A DNA stretch of 64,000 nt from a phage. Below are positions 9,643 through 19,298 of this stretch, in pieces (the stretch's first letter is position 1; each line of letters opens with the position of its first letter). The stretch lies in assembly GCA_014685065.1 (NCBI GenBank), contig GCA_014685065.1_4092.2; one strand, given 5' to 3'. The translations under genes were made by a program, and so were the position numbers. The notes under the pieces were generated by a model, which did no database searches, was not told the DNA's origin, and saw nothing but the letters and a program-made list of their open reading frames with translations.

Positions 9643-10086
9643 ATGAGTTGGGTAAATGTTAATAGTATTGAACTTAACGAACAAGATATTTTTGCATTTG
9701 TAAATTTAACCAATAATACAGTACTAAAAGGGCGTTTGTTCAGTGCGAGTGATGGATATAAATGGATCTCTTTGATGGATGATAGTGGTGTGATTTATAA
9801 TGTAATGCAATTACCCCAATGGGTATATAGTAACACTGCTGACGATGTTCTTGCCGCAGTTATGCGTGAGTTTGAAAAACTCCCAGGTGGTGATATCAAA
9901 AACAAAGTTTTTAATGCAGAACGTAAAAATTATACAGCACAGCAGTTGGAATCCCTTGCCATTGCTGCTTATCAAGCTGCTATTAAGAAGCCAGAGTGCG
10001 TTATTCTTAAGTACGTACCAGACTTAAAACTTACGTTGGAAGACATGGATGCATTCATTTTTACATCTGAACTTGATCAGTACTAA
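9643..10086 (+). CDS. hypothetical protein
   Basis: ATG 9643 after RBS GGGGA. Confidence 0.55.
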   Translation: MSWVNVNSIELNEQDIFAFVNLTNNTVLKGRLFSASDGYKWISLMDDSGVIYNVMQLPQWVYSNTADDVLAAVMREFEKLPGGDIKNKVFNAERKNYTAQQLESLAIAAYQAAIKKPECVILKYVPDLKLTLEDMDAFIFTSELDQY

Positions 10087-10201
10087 TTTAACTTTGGGAC
10101 AACCATTCTTATTATGATATAATGTTTTATGTCATTCGATATAAATGACAACGGAACTATAAATATTATAGTAAAATTTATCTCTTATAGGAGTTATAAA
10201 A

Positions 10202-10585
10202 ATGGTTGATAAATGGAATAAGAAAGATCCATCACATGATGTTGATATTTCTGGTCTAGACAATGCACATAAGCACAAGTATCTAGATTCACTAGGTCTT
10301 CTAAAACCAGACCAAAGTCTTGCACATGATCGTCCATCCCGTGAAAAAGCATTTAGCCTAGAATCACTAGGTCATGAGCTTAATCGTGTGTTTGAGGATC
10401 ACCCAATCTATGTACGTGATATTATCGAGAAACTTAAAGTAACTCCTAAAGAGCACTTTAAAGCAACTGTACACTCTGCATTCCGTGCATTGCATGATTC
10501 TCTCAAGAAAACTCACAATCTTCGTAAAATTCATGATGAAATCGTGAATGCAATCGAAAGTGAAAAACATAAGTTCAAGAAGTAA
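10202..10585 (+). CDS. hypothetical protein sharing motifs with large protein at 10831
   Basis: RBS AGGAG; LDSLGLL and I..KL..PKE motifs recur in next large ORF. Confidence 0.55.
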   Translation: MVDKWNKKDPSHDVDISGLDNAHKHKYLDSLGLLKPDQSLAHDRPSREKAFSLESLGHELNRVFEDHPIYVRDIIEKLKVTPKEHFKATVHSAFRALHDSLKKTHNLRKIHDEIVNAIESEKHKFKK

Positions 10586-10592
10586 TAAAAAT

Positions 10593-10626
10593 GGGTTGAC
10601 TAAGGTCAGCCCTTTGTTGTATCATA
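10593..10626 (+). terminator. variant terminator module (GGGTTGAC-TAAG-GTCAGCCC)
   Basis: hairpin 10593-10613; weaker T tract. Confidence 0.5.
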
Positions 10627-10654
10627 ACTTCTCAATATAACTGAGGTATCATAT

Positions 10655-10768
10655 ATGCAAGGTTTGAAATTTGTAGTTGCTGCACTCATCGCCGCAGTTC
10701 TGGTTGGTGGTGTATTCTATGTAGTGGATCAAAAAGTAAATCCACCTGCACAAGAACAATCTAAGTAA
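10655..10768 (+). CDS. 37-aa hydrophobic peptide, single-gene cassette between two terminator modules
   Basis: RBS CTGAGG, ATG 10655; hydrophobic core VVAALIAAVLVGGVFYVV. Confidence 0.35.
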   Translation: MQGLKFVVAALIAAVLVGGVFYVVDQKVNPPAQEQSK

Positions 10769-10776
10769 CAAAATAA

Positions 10777-10813
10777 GGTTGACTTCGGTCAGCCTTTTCT
10801 TTATACTATAAAT
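10777..10813 (+). terminator. bifunctional terminator/promoter module
   Basis: AGGTTGACTTCGGTCAGCCT + TTTTCTTT, then TATACT/TATAAAT. Confidence 0.6.
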
Positions 10814-10830
10814 ATAGACATAGAGAAAAA

Positions 10831-12375
10831 ATGAAATCTATGGAGAGAAATCAAATGCCAAGTAATTTTACTGATAAAAATGGTGGTAACATGGCTGGTC
10901 ACTCGGATAAATGGAGTGAACGCAACCGCCGACCAAATAGTTATCAAGCAGGTCAAGGTTCACGTGGATCACGTAACCAAGGAACTGGTCTAGCTGGTAA
11001 AGCAAACGCAGAAGCAGGTGAAGTTAAGAGTACTGAGAACATGACTGAGCTAGAAAAGCTACGTTATGTTAATTCATTGGGACTTCTTAATGCTACACAA
11101 AAACAACGTCTAGCTGATATGGAACGTGAAGAAAAAGAAAAGTCTGCTCCTGCGAAAGAAGAACCAAAACAAGAAGCACCAAAGGCGGTTAACCCTGTCA
11201 AAGAACTGTCTGATAAGTTAGGTAAGATTTTTGCTAATAAACCACAACTTATCCAAGGTATTGTGAAAGAATTGCAATCTGTACCTAAAGAAGAATTAAA
11301 AGTCAAAGCACAAGCTGTGCTTGATGCAATGAGTGGAAATACCAGTACTGAACCAACTGAAGTATTCAGTACTATAATGCGTGCACTTGAAGGTCAAGAA
11401 GAAGCGACTGCTGAAGAAGCAAGTCTTGAAAGCATCCTCCATACTGTTAACCGTATAGGTAAAGAAGACCGTGCTAACGCCCAGCAAGTTAAGAATGTTC
11501 TTGCTAAGTTAGAAAATCGTCTTGAAGGCAAAGATGATAAGATTCAATTAGTACATGATGCTATTAAAGCAGCATTAGATTCTTACTCACCAGGTGAGAA
11601 GTCTCGATTCATCACTGTTATGAATTCTGCATTCAATACTATGAAAAAGTATGAAGCTGAACATGGTGAGAAAGTATCAAAAGATGGTTACTTAGTTCGT
11701 GCAGATGAAGAAGGTGCAGTTGACCAGAAAGATGCTGAAACATCTCATGATGATTTACCTGATACTGTTGATATGGATGGTTACATTCATCGTCCAGAAA
11801 TGGGAGAGTTTGGTTCTGACAAAGAAGGATTTGAACATGCAATGGCAGTGTACAAAGCTCTCGTGGACAATCCAGATTATGCCAACCGATTTGTAGATGA
11901 GTTTGATAGTGCATGGAACAACTACAAAGACAAAGGTTATGACTTCCCTGCTGAGGCAGCATTCTTTGAACTTGGTAAACTATTAGCTAAACATGGAATT
12001 GATGTAGGTTCTAAAGATGGTACTGATACTGATGGCATGGAAGCAGAATTGGCTAAAGATCGTGAAATGAACGACAACTCCATTCATGAACTCCAAAAGC
12101 TAATGATGTGGATATCCGATATTGGTAAAAAAGCTGGTGCTGATAATAAGAGTATCAACAAAAACATTAGTTGGATTAAAAGTAATGTTGGTAAAAATGC
12201 TCGTAAACTACAAAAAGCATGGACTGATTTAGTAAATGGTGCTGATGATGTTGACATTGAATCACCTGAAGCATACGAATATGCATTAACTACTCTTGAT
12301 AATTCCTTTAAAGATTACGATAACGGTAACGTAACTCATTGGGAAAAGGACATCATGAGCAAATACGGTAAATGA
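10831..12375 (+). CDS. large acidic hypothetical protein (514 aa) with low-complexity Lys/Glu linker
   Basis: longest ORF in first block; alternative ATG at 10855 after GGAGAG. Confidence 0.65.
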   Translation: MKSMERNQMPSNFTDKNGGNMAGHSDKWSERNRRPNSYQAGQGSRGSRNQGTGLAGKANAEAGEVKSTENMTELEKLRYVNSLGLLNATQKQRLADMEREEKEKSAPAKEEPKQEAPKAVNPVKELSDKLGKIFANKPQLIQGIVKELQSVPKEELKVKAQAVLDAMSGNTSTEPTEVFSTIMRALEGQEEATAEEASLESILHTVNRIGKEDRANAQQVKNVLAKLENRLEGKDDKIQLVHDAIKAALDSYSPGEKSRFITVMNSAFNTMKKYEAEHGEKVSKDGYLVRADEEGAVDQKDAETSHDDLPDTVDMDGYIHRPEMGEFGSDKEGFEHAMAVYKALVDNPDYANRFVDEFDSAWNNYKDKGYDFPAEAAFFELGKLLAKHGIDVGSKDGTDTDGMEAELAKDREMNDNSIHELQKLMMWISDIGKKAGADNKSINKNISWIKSNVGKNARKLQKAWTDLVNGADDVDIESPEAYEYALTTLDNSFKDYDNGNVTHWEKDIMSKYGK

Positions 12376-12384
12376 TAAAACTAA

Positions 12385-12418
12385 AGGTTGACTTCGGTCA
12401 GCCTTTTTTTGTAAATAC
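12385..12418 (+). terminator. bifunctional terminator/promoter module
   Basis: AGGTTGACTTCGGTCAGCCT + T7 run. Confidence 0.65.
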
Positions 12419-12445
12419 AAAAGAGGAATTAAGAAGAGGATTACA

Positions 12446-12697
12446 ATGAAAAAATATATTATATTTGGAATTGTATTATTTTCCAGTACTGCTTATGGTG
12501 CAGATTATCATTGCTCCGTAGCAAGGCAGGATTTCAGAAATGGGGAGTTCTATACTACCTCATACACAAAAGGAATAATACACGACACCGACAGAACTAT
12601 TGGATTTAATGCGTTTGACAACAAAGATTCATATACTTCAGGTATACTATCTGAGCGTAAGACGGATGTACTCGGAATAGAAAAAGAGTTTCGGTGA
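12446..12697 (+). CDS. secreted hypothetical protein
   Basis: signal peptide MKKYIIFGIVLFSSTAYGA; RBS AGAGGA. Confidence 0.5.
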   Translation: MKKYIIFGIVLFSSTAYGADYHCSVARQDFRNGEFYTTSYTKGIIHDTDRTIGFNAFDNKDSYTSGILSERKTDVLGIEKEFR

Positions 12698-12707
12698 TTC
12701 CGTGGCA

Positions 12708-13025
12708 ATGTGTAATGACATTGAAAGTACTAAAAAAATTTATTATAATAATGAAATAAATTATCGTTTTCATAATTTAACCACAAATAAAAGTTTACTA
12801 TTTTACAATTGTAAAGAAGTAAAACTCCCACCAGACAATAGCTGTAACCCAACAAACCCATCACCAGCACAATGTAATACTCCAACTGAACCTGATACCA
12901 ATAAAAAAGACAAAGATAAAAAAGAAGACAAAAAACCATTAAAAGATAAAAGGAAAGATAAAAAACCTAATCCGTTTAAAAATAATAAACCAGCACAACC
13001 CGATATGACGTGTAAAATAAAATAA
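12708..13025 (+). CDS. Lys/Pro-rich hypothetical protein
   Basis: ORF with KDKDKKEDKK low-complexity tail; start uncertain (GTG 12702 or ATG 12708). Confidence 0.4.
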   Translation: MCNDIESTKKIYYNNEINYRFHNLTTNKSLLFYNCKEVKLPPDNSCNPTNPSPAQCNTPTEPDTNKKDKDKKEDKKPLKDKRKDKKPNPFKNNKPAQPDMTCKIK

Positions 13026-13034
13026 GGATATATA

Positions 13035-13454
13035 ATGAAAAAGATTTTTTTAAGTATTATTTTAGTACTTTTTAGTTTTAATGTATATGCAGCAGATGCT
13101 AAACAGGTTGCTAATACAGTAAAAGATGTTATAGTAGACAATGCTCCTACCTTAGAGGAAATTGGGGTAAAAACTTGTGATATAGTAATATATAATTTAG
13201 TTAATGATGAACGAGTTATGTTGAATACGTATGAACAAGTAGTCCCATTGGTTGAATCTGGTGATGCTTTTAGCTTTACATATAAAGTTAAATTAACAGG
13301 AGGGGTTGAAGTTAATCTTGACATTGATACCGCTTCAGTACTAAAAGATAAACTAGGATATGTGTTCAATCGTATTCGTGAAGAAGGTCATCTTAAGTAT
13401 GTTTATGAAAGTAAAATACTAAAACGTGCAATAGTTATAGAAAACTGTAAATGA
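13035..13454 (+). CDS. secreted hypothetical protein
   Basis: signal peptide MKKIFLSIILVLFSFNVYAA; RBS AAGGA. Confidence 0.55.
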   Translation: MKKIFLSIILVLFSFNVYAADAKQVANTVKDVIVDNAPTLEEIGVKTCDIVIYNLVNDERVMLNTYEQVVPLVESGDAFSFTYKVKLTGGVEVNLDIDTASVLKDKLGYVFNRIREEGHLKYVYESKILKRAIVIENCK

Positions 13455-13461
13455 TAATAAA

Positions 13462-13495
13462 AGGGTTGACTTCGGTCAGCCTTTTTTGTTATGAT
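13462..13495 (+). terminator. bifunctional terminator/promoter module
   Basis: AGGGTTGACTTCGGTCAGCC + T6, then TATGAT. Confidence 0.65.
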
Positions 13496-13523
13496 GTTGA
13501 TATTAACTACAGAGGATAAAGTA

Positions 13524-14165
13524 ATGACTAAGCAAGAAATATTCAAAACTTTAATTGACATTTTGCGTCCATCAAAAACTCGTTGTGCGATGGAGTTTGA
13601 TATTCCTTATGCTGAACGCGTAATCTTTCCACAAGTTAAAGCTGCTGGACTTACTTTGCTTGGAATGGGGATGTACTCTGTAGTAGTTGAACATAAAAAC
13701 TATCCTGGACGAGCATTTAAAGTAACCACTTCACGCTGGGATGGTTTTCGTGCTTATGCAAAGTACTGCATTGAAAACGCAGGAACCAAGTTTCTTCCAG
13801 TGATCTACAGTGCCAACGAACAAGGAAACTTTGGATGGTATGAGATGGACAAGTACTATCCTATAATTAAACAAAAAAATAATTATGATGACTTTGTTAG
13901 TACTAAAATTGGAGATTTGTATTCGTATGCACATGCTGGTCAGTACGCAACTTCAGTGAATGATATGCGTGGAAATTCTGAAGAGATTGCTATTGCAACG
14001 GTCGCTGCTAACATCATGAAAGAGTTTCACGGGCGTTTTGTACCAGACATTCATTCAAGTAATGTAATGATGGATAAAGATGGGAATGTATTCATTACTG
14101 ATCCTCTTTCGTGTGATGTGCGTAGAGAAATACCAATTACTGAAGAAGATCCAGTTTTTTATTGA
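13524..14165 (+). CDS. protein-kinase-like fold protein (atypical mini-kinase)
   Basis: Gly-loop-like LGMGMYSVVV, AFKV, catalytic-loop-like DIHSSNVMM, ITDP; start set to ATG 13524 after AGAGGA. Confidence 0.5.
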   Translation: MTKQEIFKTLIDILRPSKTRCAMEFDIPYAERVIFPQVKAAGLTLLGMGMYSVVVEHKNYPGRAFKVTTSRWDGFRAYAKYCIENAGTKFLPVIYSANEQGNFGWYEMDKYYPIIKQKNNYDDFVSTKIGDLYSYAHAGQYATSVNDMRGNSEEIAIATVAANIMKEFHGRFVPDIHSSNVMMDKDGNVFITDPLSCDVRREIPITEEDPVFY

Positions 14166-14226
14166 CAGAACTGATGTTCTGATGTATTCTTAATAAACCA
14201 TAAAAATTGCGGTAAAGGATAAAATC

Positions 14227-14508
14227 ATGCGTTCATTTGAAAACTTAATAGGTAAGCATCTTTTATCTGAAATTGATGCAGACGTTAAAGAATTATCCAA
14301 ATCAAAAAGTTACATTCATTTGGATGAACTGTTTGTTAAGTACGGTGAGATTGGTTTTAAATCATTATTTGTTTTTACTATGAAAGTACATAGTTTAAAG
14401 TACTTCGATTTGAGTGCTAAAGATGGTGAACCGAATCTATATTACATGTATTACCTTAAGAACAAAGATGAAGCTAATACATTACTCTCTGAATATATAT
14501 TGGGGTAA
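14227..14508 (+). CDS. hypothetical protein
   Basis: RBS AAGGA before ATG. Confidence 0.5.
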   Translation: MRSFENLIGKHLLSEIDADVKELSKSKSYIHLDELFVKYGEIGFKSLFVFTMKVHSLKYFDLSAKDGEPNLYYMYYLKNKDEANTLLSEYILG

Positions 14509-14510
14509 AA

Positions 14511-14849
14511 ATGGAACAATATTTTGAATTAATAAACAAAGTATCATTTTATGTAGTATCTTTGGTTTGGGTGTATTATATGTTTTGCTACATTATTGCA
14601 TTCTTCCGATACACTACTTTATATGAACGTATCTACTATGATGCCCCAATTTCATTCTTGATGTTTTGTGCATGTACGTGGGGAATATTAGAAGTACTGA
14701 TATGTGGGTATAGTACTGATGAATTAAATCTGGTATCGGTCTTGACTGGGTTTTCATTTGTTGTTATGATAGCTGCCGTTCCAGTATGGTTGTTCTTTGT
14801 ACTAGTTCATCGCATTGATATATGGCGTTCTAATATCCCTGAAAAGTAA
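14511..14849 (+). CDS. small membrane protein, paralog family T
   Basis: 2-3 TM helices; shared F(R/K)Y..L..R.Y motif and basic C-terminal tail NIPEK. Confidence 0.55.
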   Translation: MEQYFELINKVSFYVVSLVWVYYMFCYIIAFFRYTTLYERIYYDAPISFLMFCACTWGILEVLICGYSTDELNLVSVLTGFSFVVMIAAVPVWLFFVLVHRIDIWRSNIPEK

Positions 14850-14852
14850 GGA

Positions 14853-15200
14853 TTGGTAATGATTTATTACACTAACATGTTTGCCTATGCTGTTGCTTGC
14901 ATTTACATTGTTTACTTCTTATTCGGTGGAGTACTGTGCTTCTTTAAGTACAAAACATTGTTCAACCGAATGTACCCAAATCATCCAATTGTAGTTGTAC
15001 TTTTGATTCTTTCAGTTTCTCAAATAATCGTTGAAACTACAATGGGTATCAGTAGTGTACATTATAGTTTTGGCACTATAGTAATTATTACTATGCTTAT
15101 TGCATACATTTTAGTACTTGGATATGGTATCTTTGGTAATATTGGTATGAAAATGTATCATCGAATTAAAACATTACGTGATAATCTACCGGAGCGTTGA
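14853..15200 (+). CDS. small membrane protein, paralog family T
   Basis: same architecture; tail NLPER. Confidence 0.55.
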   Translation: MVMIYYTNMFAYAVACIYIVYFLFGGVLCFFKYKTLFNRMYPNHPIVVVLLILSVSQIIVETTMGISSVHYSFGTIVIITMLIAYILVLGYGIFGNIGMKMYHRIKTLRDNLPER

Positions 15201-15201
15201 T

Positions 15202-15546
15202 ATGTATAATTTGAACCTAATCTCATATATTATAACAACACTGTTTACATTCTATGCCTTTGTTGGTATAATCCTACTGTACTTTAAATTTTATAAAGTG
15301 TTTAACCGTTTCTATCCTTCAATGGAGAATGAGTTTTTCTTTGTGTTGTACGTATGTTACACATTAATGGCTACATGTTTCACTGTAGCCGATGGTGTCA
15401 TCGGCATTAAAACTGCTTCCCCAAATGGTAGTACGCTGGTTGCATTTATTCTTACTGGATTCCTTGCAACTTATATTGCCTTCATTACAACATGGTCAGT
15501 GGTTGAATTTCTCTTGCGACTACGAAAGAATATGCCGAATCGATAG
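15202..15546 (+). CDS. small membrane protein, paralog family T
   Basis: ATG 15202 after GGAG; tail NMPNR. Confidence 0.55.
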   Translation: MYNLNLISYIITTLFTFYAFVGIILLYFKFYKVFNRFYPSMENEFFFVLYVCYTLMATCFTVADGVIGIKTASPNGSTLVAFILTGFLATYIAFITTWSVVEFLLRLRKNMPNR

Positions 15547-15555
15547 GAGACATAT

Positions 15556-15810
15556 ATGTTTGCGTTGCGTAATAAAAACACTAAAGAATTATTATGTATT
15601 GATACCGTATGGGATTGTGCGGGATCAACTACAGTTCTTGAAGAAGGAACTGGATATTGCGTGTTTGTTGTACATGATAGGAATGAACTCGAATTATTAC
15701 TTGCTGAGTTCAATGCTGGTGGTAATCCTAACTGTACTGAATACCCTGAGATTATCAATCCAGCACCACCAGGCTCTTATGAAATTCTACAACTGTGGGA
15801 GTTGAAGTAA
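15556..15810 (+). CDS. hypothetical protein
   Basis: RBS GGAGA before ATG. Confidence 0.5.
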   Translation: MFALRNKNTKELLCIDTVWDCAGSTTVLEEGTGYCVFVVHDRNELELLLAEFNAGGNPNCTEYPEIINPAPPGSYEILQLWELK

Positions 15811-16190
15811 TGCGTCAAATGCACAAAGTAACCGAGCTAAACAAGCGTCTGGTTAAACAATCAATGTTCGAGGATAAAGAGTCTTATTATAACTTTAAAC
15901 GTGCAGTAGAGGCTGCTATCCACATTCAGAAGCTTAAAGAACGTGGTTGTATTATTCTGGAAAATGGTTCGGAAGTTGTAACGGATGACTTTAGTGTAGC
16001 GTTTGATGTTTCACCTGACGGGACGCTATCAATGCCCCGCTTAGGAACTGGAAACATGACTGTTTGGGTTGGCTTCACTATGGGGAATGTACCTGGTACT
16101 GTGTACGTAGATGATGCAGAATTGAAAGACAGTTTCAAAAACTTATCTTATCTTGAACCACAATACGCACATGAAATGAATTTATTTTGA
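15810..16190 (+). CDS. hypothetical protein
   Basis: ATG 15810 overlapping previous stop (TAATG). Confidence 0.5.
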   Translation: MRQMHKVTELNKRLVKQSMFEDKESYYNFKRAVEAAIHIQKLKERGCIILENGSEVVTDDFSVAFDVSPDGTLSMPRLGTGNMTVWVGFTMGNVPGTVYVDDAELKDSFKNLSYLEPQYAHEMNLF

Positions 16191-16191
16191 G

Positions 16192-16249
16192 TTGACAAAC
16201 ACATTCAGTACTGTATAATGCTTATCAAGGGGATGAACTTCTCATCCCT
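16192..16249 (+). promoter_or_regulatory. promoter (TTGACA-16-TGTATAAT) plus 5' stem-loop GGGATGA-ACTTC-TCATCCC
   Basis: TTGACA 16192-16197, TATAAT 16214-16219, hairpin about 16228-16249. Confidence 0.6.
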
Positions 16250-16266
16250 ACAATCGAGGAACTACC

Positions 16267-16821
16267 ATGATTACTTTTAAGAAAACTGCTAACCACATCC
16301 ATGAAATCTACATTAACGGTCACAAAGCTGGCCTTCTTCGTTTACTCGCCCATCACCCTGATGCTACCGTATCTGATAATGAACCTAAAGATTGGCGTGT
16401 CTTTTTCTTTGGAAAGTACAGTGATTTTCAAGTATCAAACCTGAAGAACATTCGTTCAGTATGCACGTTAACTGAAATTAAAGAAAAGTTAGCACAAGCA
16501 TTGAAAACTAATCCAGATGGTGTTCTTCCACCTGATAACTTTGTAGAGAAAGGTTATGCCTTAGCTCATTTCAAAGATGGTACTATTCAATCTATCAGTA
16601 CTGAATATGAATATCATTGGACTGAGTACTTCACTTATGGTTCGAGTAATACATTGATGGATTCACGTAGTAAATTGGAAGAAGTACTGACTCGTATGAA
16701 TGAACGCGAGCGTCAGTTATATGACAAACCAGAAATGTGGAGTTCAACTTACATTGACCGTATTGACTATGTTATTATGACTCCAATCTTTGACACTGCT
16801 TACTATGATTCTTTGAAATAA
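16267..16821 (+). CDS. hypothetical protein
   Basis: RBS GAGGA; 184-aa ORF. Confidence 0.55.
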   Translation: MITFKKTANHIHEIYINGHKAGLLRLLAHHPDATVSDNEPKDWRVFFFGKYSDFQVSNLKNIRSVCTLTEIKEKLAQALKTNPDGVLPPDNFVEKGYALAHFKDGTIQSISTEYEYHWTEYFTYGSSNTLMDSRSKLEEVLTRMNERERQLYDKPEMWSSTYIDRIDYVIMTPIFDTAYYDSLK

Positions 16822-16832
16822 GGATAACTTAT

Positions 16833-17009
16833 ATGAAACTACGTACTCGTAATCGACTGATGGATGCACTGTACAATGAACAGCTTTCACTGAATGAAGT
16901 GAAGCGTCAGTTAATGTACACATATCAGTTTCCCGCTCGCATTGCAAAACAACGTGCTAAAGAATTGCTGAAAGAAGCAATCGAGTACTGGGAATCTGAT
17001 TCGTACTAA
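16833..17009 (+). CDS. small basic hypothetical protein (58 aa)
   Basis: RBS AAGGA, ATG 16833; followed by ACGTGA-tatg-TCACGT hairpin. Confidence 0.35.
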   Translation: MKLRTRNRLMDALYNEQLSLNEVKRQLMYTYQFPARIAKQRAKELLKEAIEYWESDSY

Positions 17010-17048
17010 TATTACGTGATATGTCACGTTAATTAAGTGAGGCGATAA

Positions 17049-17300
17049 ATGAAAATATTATTAGTTCTAATACTACTAATAGTTTTACCATTTACTTTAG
17101 TATCCCCTGGACTTGCATGGAATGTATTTGTGTACTTAGTATGTACTATTGTAGTAAATGGTATCTTGTTCTTAGTTCTATTCATAAATGGAATAGGACA
17201 CGGTGGAGGATGGACCAGTACTGCTGATATTGTACATAAAACCACTATGTCTTTATTTGTAATGTGGAATTTATTCTGGACTTGGTTTGTGTTCTTCTAA
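17049..17300 (+). CDS. small membrane protein
   Basis: RBS GAGG; hydrophobic throughout. Confidence 0.45.
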   Translation: MKILLVLILLIVLPFTLVSPGLAWNVFVYLVCTIVVNGILFLVLFINGIGHGGGWTSTADIVHKTTMSLFVMWNLFWTWFVFF

Positions 17301-17308
17301 TTAAAAAT

Positions 17309-17680
17309 ATGAATATAGATTTGAAAGGTGCAACACGAACTGTTATCCTCATTGGGGAATATGCTATCAAGATTCCAACCTTTAAAAGTTGGAAGCTATT
17401 CTTAACAGGGATGATAGCTAACCTCAATGAACGTTCGTGGATGCAGTACTCCAATCGTAGTGATAGTAGTATCTGTCCTACGTTGTGGTCATCATGTACT
17501 GGACTAGTAACTGTACAGAAACGTTGTAAGCCAGTTCAACATAGGGGTTTATTTTGGGTGGAGTTGTGTGCTTTAGCATTGAATTCAGAGTTAAGTACTG
17601 ACTTCTTCTATTCAGATGCGAAGCCAGAAAACTTTGGGTATCTGGGTGGTAAGTTAGTTAAACTTGATTATGGAGATTAA
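17309..17680 (+). CDS. minimal protein-kinase-like protein
   Basis: GEYAIKIP (VAIK-like), SDAKPENFGY (catalytic-loop-like), KLDYGD (DFG-like) at C-terminus. Confidence 0.5.
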   Translation: MNIDLKGATRTVILIGEYAIKIPTFKSWKLFLTGMIANLNERSWMQYSNRSDSSICPTLWSSCTGLVTVQKRCKPVQHRGLFWVELCALALNSELSTDFFYSDAKPENFGYLGGKLVKLDYGD

Positions 17681-17681
17681 T

Positions 17682-17951
17682 ATGTACGCACTGTATAATA
17701 AAGAAAAGAAACGATTTGCTAAGGTTGAAATTTCGATTGATACATTTGATATGTTGGAGTACTGTATTGTAACTGACCTATATGCTAACTTGTATTACGT
17801 TCTTGATGACGTATCAGTACTGCAACGATTGCTTGAGAATTCCAAAAGTCAATGCCAGGGCATCCATGATGGTTCATCTTATGAAACACCTGAGTGTTCC
17901 TACGGCTATCTGGACGGGTATGAGATTGTGAAGTTGGGGATCATTGAATAA
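17682..17951 (+). CDS. hypothetical protein
   Basis: ATG 17682 after GGAG. Confidence 0.45.
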   Translation: MYALYNKEKKRFAKVEISIDTFDMLEYCIVTDLYANLYYVLDDVSVLQRLLENSKSQCQGIHDGSSYETPECSYGYLDGYEIVKLGIIE

Positions 17952-17954
17952 AGA

Positions 17955-17990
17955 AAAGGGTTGACTTCGGTCAGCCCTTTTTGCTATAAT
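17955..17990 (+). terminator. bifunctional terminator/promoter module, long form
   Basis: AAAGGGTTGACTTCGGTCAGCCCTTTTTGCTATAAT; TTGACT 17961-17966, TATAAT 17985-17990. Confidence 0.7.
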
Positions 17991-18018
17991 TATTTCATCA
18001 AGACGAGAGGATGAATAC

Positions 18019-18534
18019 ATGACACGCATTAACTTAGTACACGTTAAAGAACTTGCTGACCAACATCTGATGGCTGAATATCGTGAACTCCCACGTGTAT
18101 TTGGTGCTGTACAAAAACACGTTCAAGCACGTAAGCGTGTACGTGATTTCAAAATTAACAGTACTTATCTGTTAGGTTCAGGTCATGTGACATTCTTTTA
18201 CGACAAGTTGCTGTACTTACAGAAGCGTCATATCGATATTGTTAACGAATGTTTGCGTCGTGGTATGAAGATTCAAAACACTGAAGTAAACGACATTAGC
18301 GGCTTCCCTGCTGAGTTTTGTAATGACTACGTACCAACGGAGTCAGAGATTAAAATGTCTCGTGATCGTTTGATTGAGAAGCTCCAGATGAAGCCTACGT
18401 GGTATAAGTTTACTGATGTTGAATGTCCACAGTACGTTAAAGATATGCAGAACGTAAGTAGTAAGAACGAATCTAGTACTGATATGTTCGACGAAATTGA
18501 AGAACAAATCAAAGATGAAATGAATAATTATTAA
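18019..18534 (+). CDS. denV: endonuclease V (pyrimidine-dimer DNA glycosylase), T4 DenV homologue
   Basis: N-terminus [39 protein letters not shown]...[10 protein letters not shown] is near-identical to T4 endonuclease V as recalled from memory. Confidence 0.85.
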   Translation: MTRINLVHVKELADQHLMAEYRELPRVFGAVQKHVQARKRVRDFKINSTYLLGSGHVTFFYDKLLYLQKRHIDIVNECLRRGMKIQNTEVNDISGFPAEFCNDYVPTESEIKMSRDRLIEKLQMKPTWYKFTDVECPQYVKDMQNVSSKNESSTDMFDEIEEQIKDEMNNY

Positions 18535-18539
18535 AGGAA

Positions 18540-18556
18540 AGGGTTGACTTCGGTTA
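18540..18556 (+). repeat. truncated copy of the terminator module (left arm only)
   Basis: GGGTTGACTTCGGTTACAC lacks the complementary arm and T-run. Confidence 0.5.
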
Positions 18557-18572
18557 CACAAAGGAACATAAC

Positions 18573-18767
18573 ATGTTATTAGTATATTCAAAGCGTTTCT
18601 GGATTTCTTTTATTGTACTATCGCTAATCGGCTTCGGTTTGAGTATACTCTTTTCGTGGGATGAATTGGGTACATGGTATTATGAAGTCCCGTGGTACAT
18701 GAAGATAGCTCCTTGTTATGCGGCATTGTTCGTGTCATTCCTTATTGTTGTCTTCAGCGAGGATTAG
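18573..18767 (+). CDS. small membrane protein
   Basis: RBS AAGGAA; hydrophobic 64-aa ORF. Confidence 0.4.
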   Translation: MLLVYSKRFWISFIVLSLIGFGLSILFSWDELGTWYYEVPWYMKIAPCYAALFVSFLIVVFSED

Positions 18768-18873
18768 TTGATGTAGTATGTGCTACACCAAAGTATTTGG
18801 ATATTTTAGATATAAACATTGACACCTGTTCTATCTTTCTGTATTATGTACATCACCAAATGAGGAATACAAC

Positions 18874-19233
18874 ATGGCATCTTTAAGTGAAATCGCAGAA
18901 TACAACCCACTAACAATCTCAACAATTCAACGTACAAAAACTTTTTATTTCCGTCCTGCTGATGGATGGAAACGTGGAATGAATGGTGACTATCGAGTAC
19001 TGGAAGATTCACTAATCGAGCGTATCAACTCTGAACTACAGAAGTATGAAGGTGTTAAAGTTGTGCGTTCAACTTCTCGTTATTTTGAGTACTACATTGA
19101 GTCTTCAACTGTAAATGAAAACTCATCATTCTCGGTGGACAACACTGATATTCTTCGTAATGCTGTTGGTCTTTTATGCAGGATTGCAGAAGAAATTGGA
19201 TTAACTATCACCACAATGAGTGAGTTAGAATAA
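18874..19233 (+). CDS. hypothetical protein
   Basis: RBS GAGGAA before ATG. Confidence 0.5.
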   Translation: MASLSEIAEYNPLTISTIQRTKTFYFRPADGWKRGMNGDYRVLEDSLIERINSELQKYEGVKVVRSTSRYFEYYIESSTVNENSSFSVDNTDILRNAVGLLCRIAEEIGLTITTMSELE

Positions 19234-19236
19234 CAT

Positions 19237-19272
19237 AAAGGGTTGACTTCGGTCAGCCCTTTTTGCTATAAT
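19237..19272 (+). terminator. bifunctional terminator/promoter module, long form
   Basis: same 55-bp unit as at 17955 and 20651; TATAAT 19267-19272. Confidence 0.7.
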
Positions 19273-19298
19273 TATTTCATCAACACAAGAGGTAACAA

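Noticed and set aside
12803-13369. 188-aa minus-strand ORF overlapping plus-strand genes at 12.7-13.4 kb
   Set aside because: Low-complexity antisense frame of a Lys-rich coding region; the plus-strand genes have signal peptides, RBSs and flanking modules
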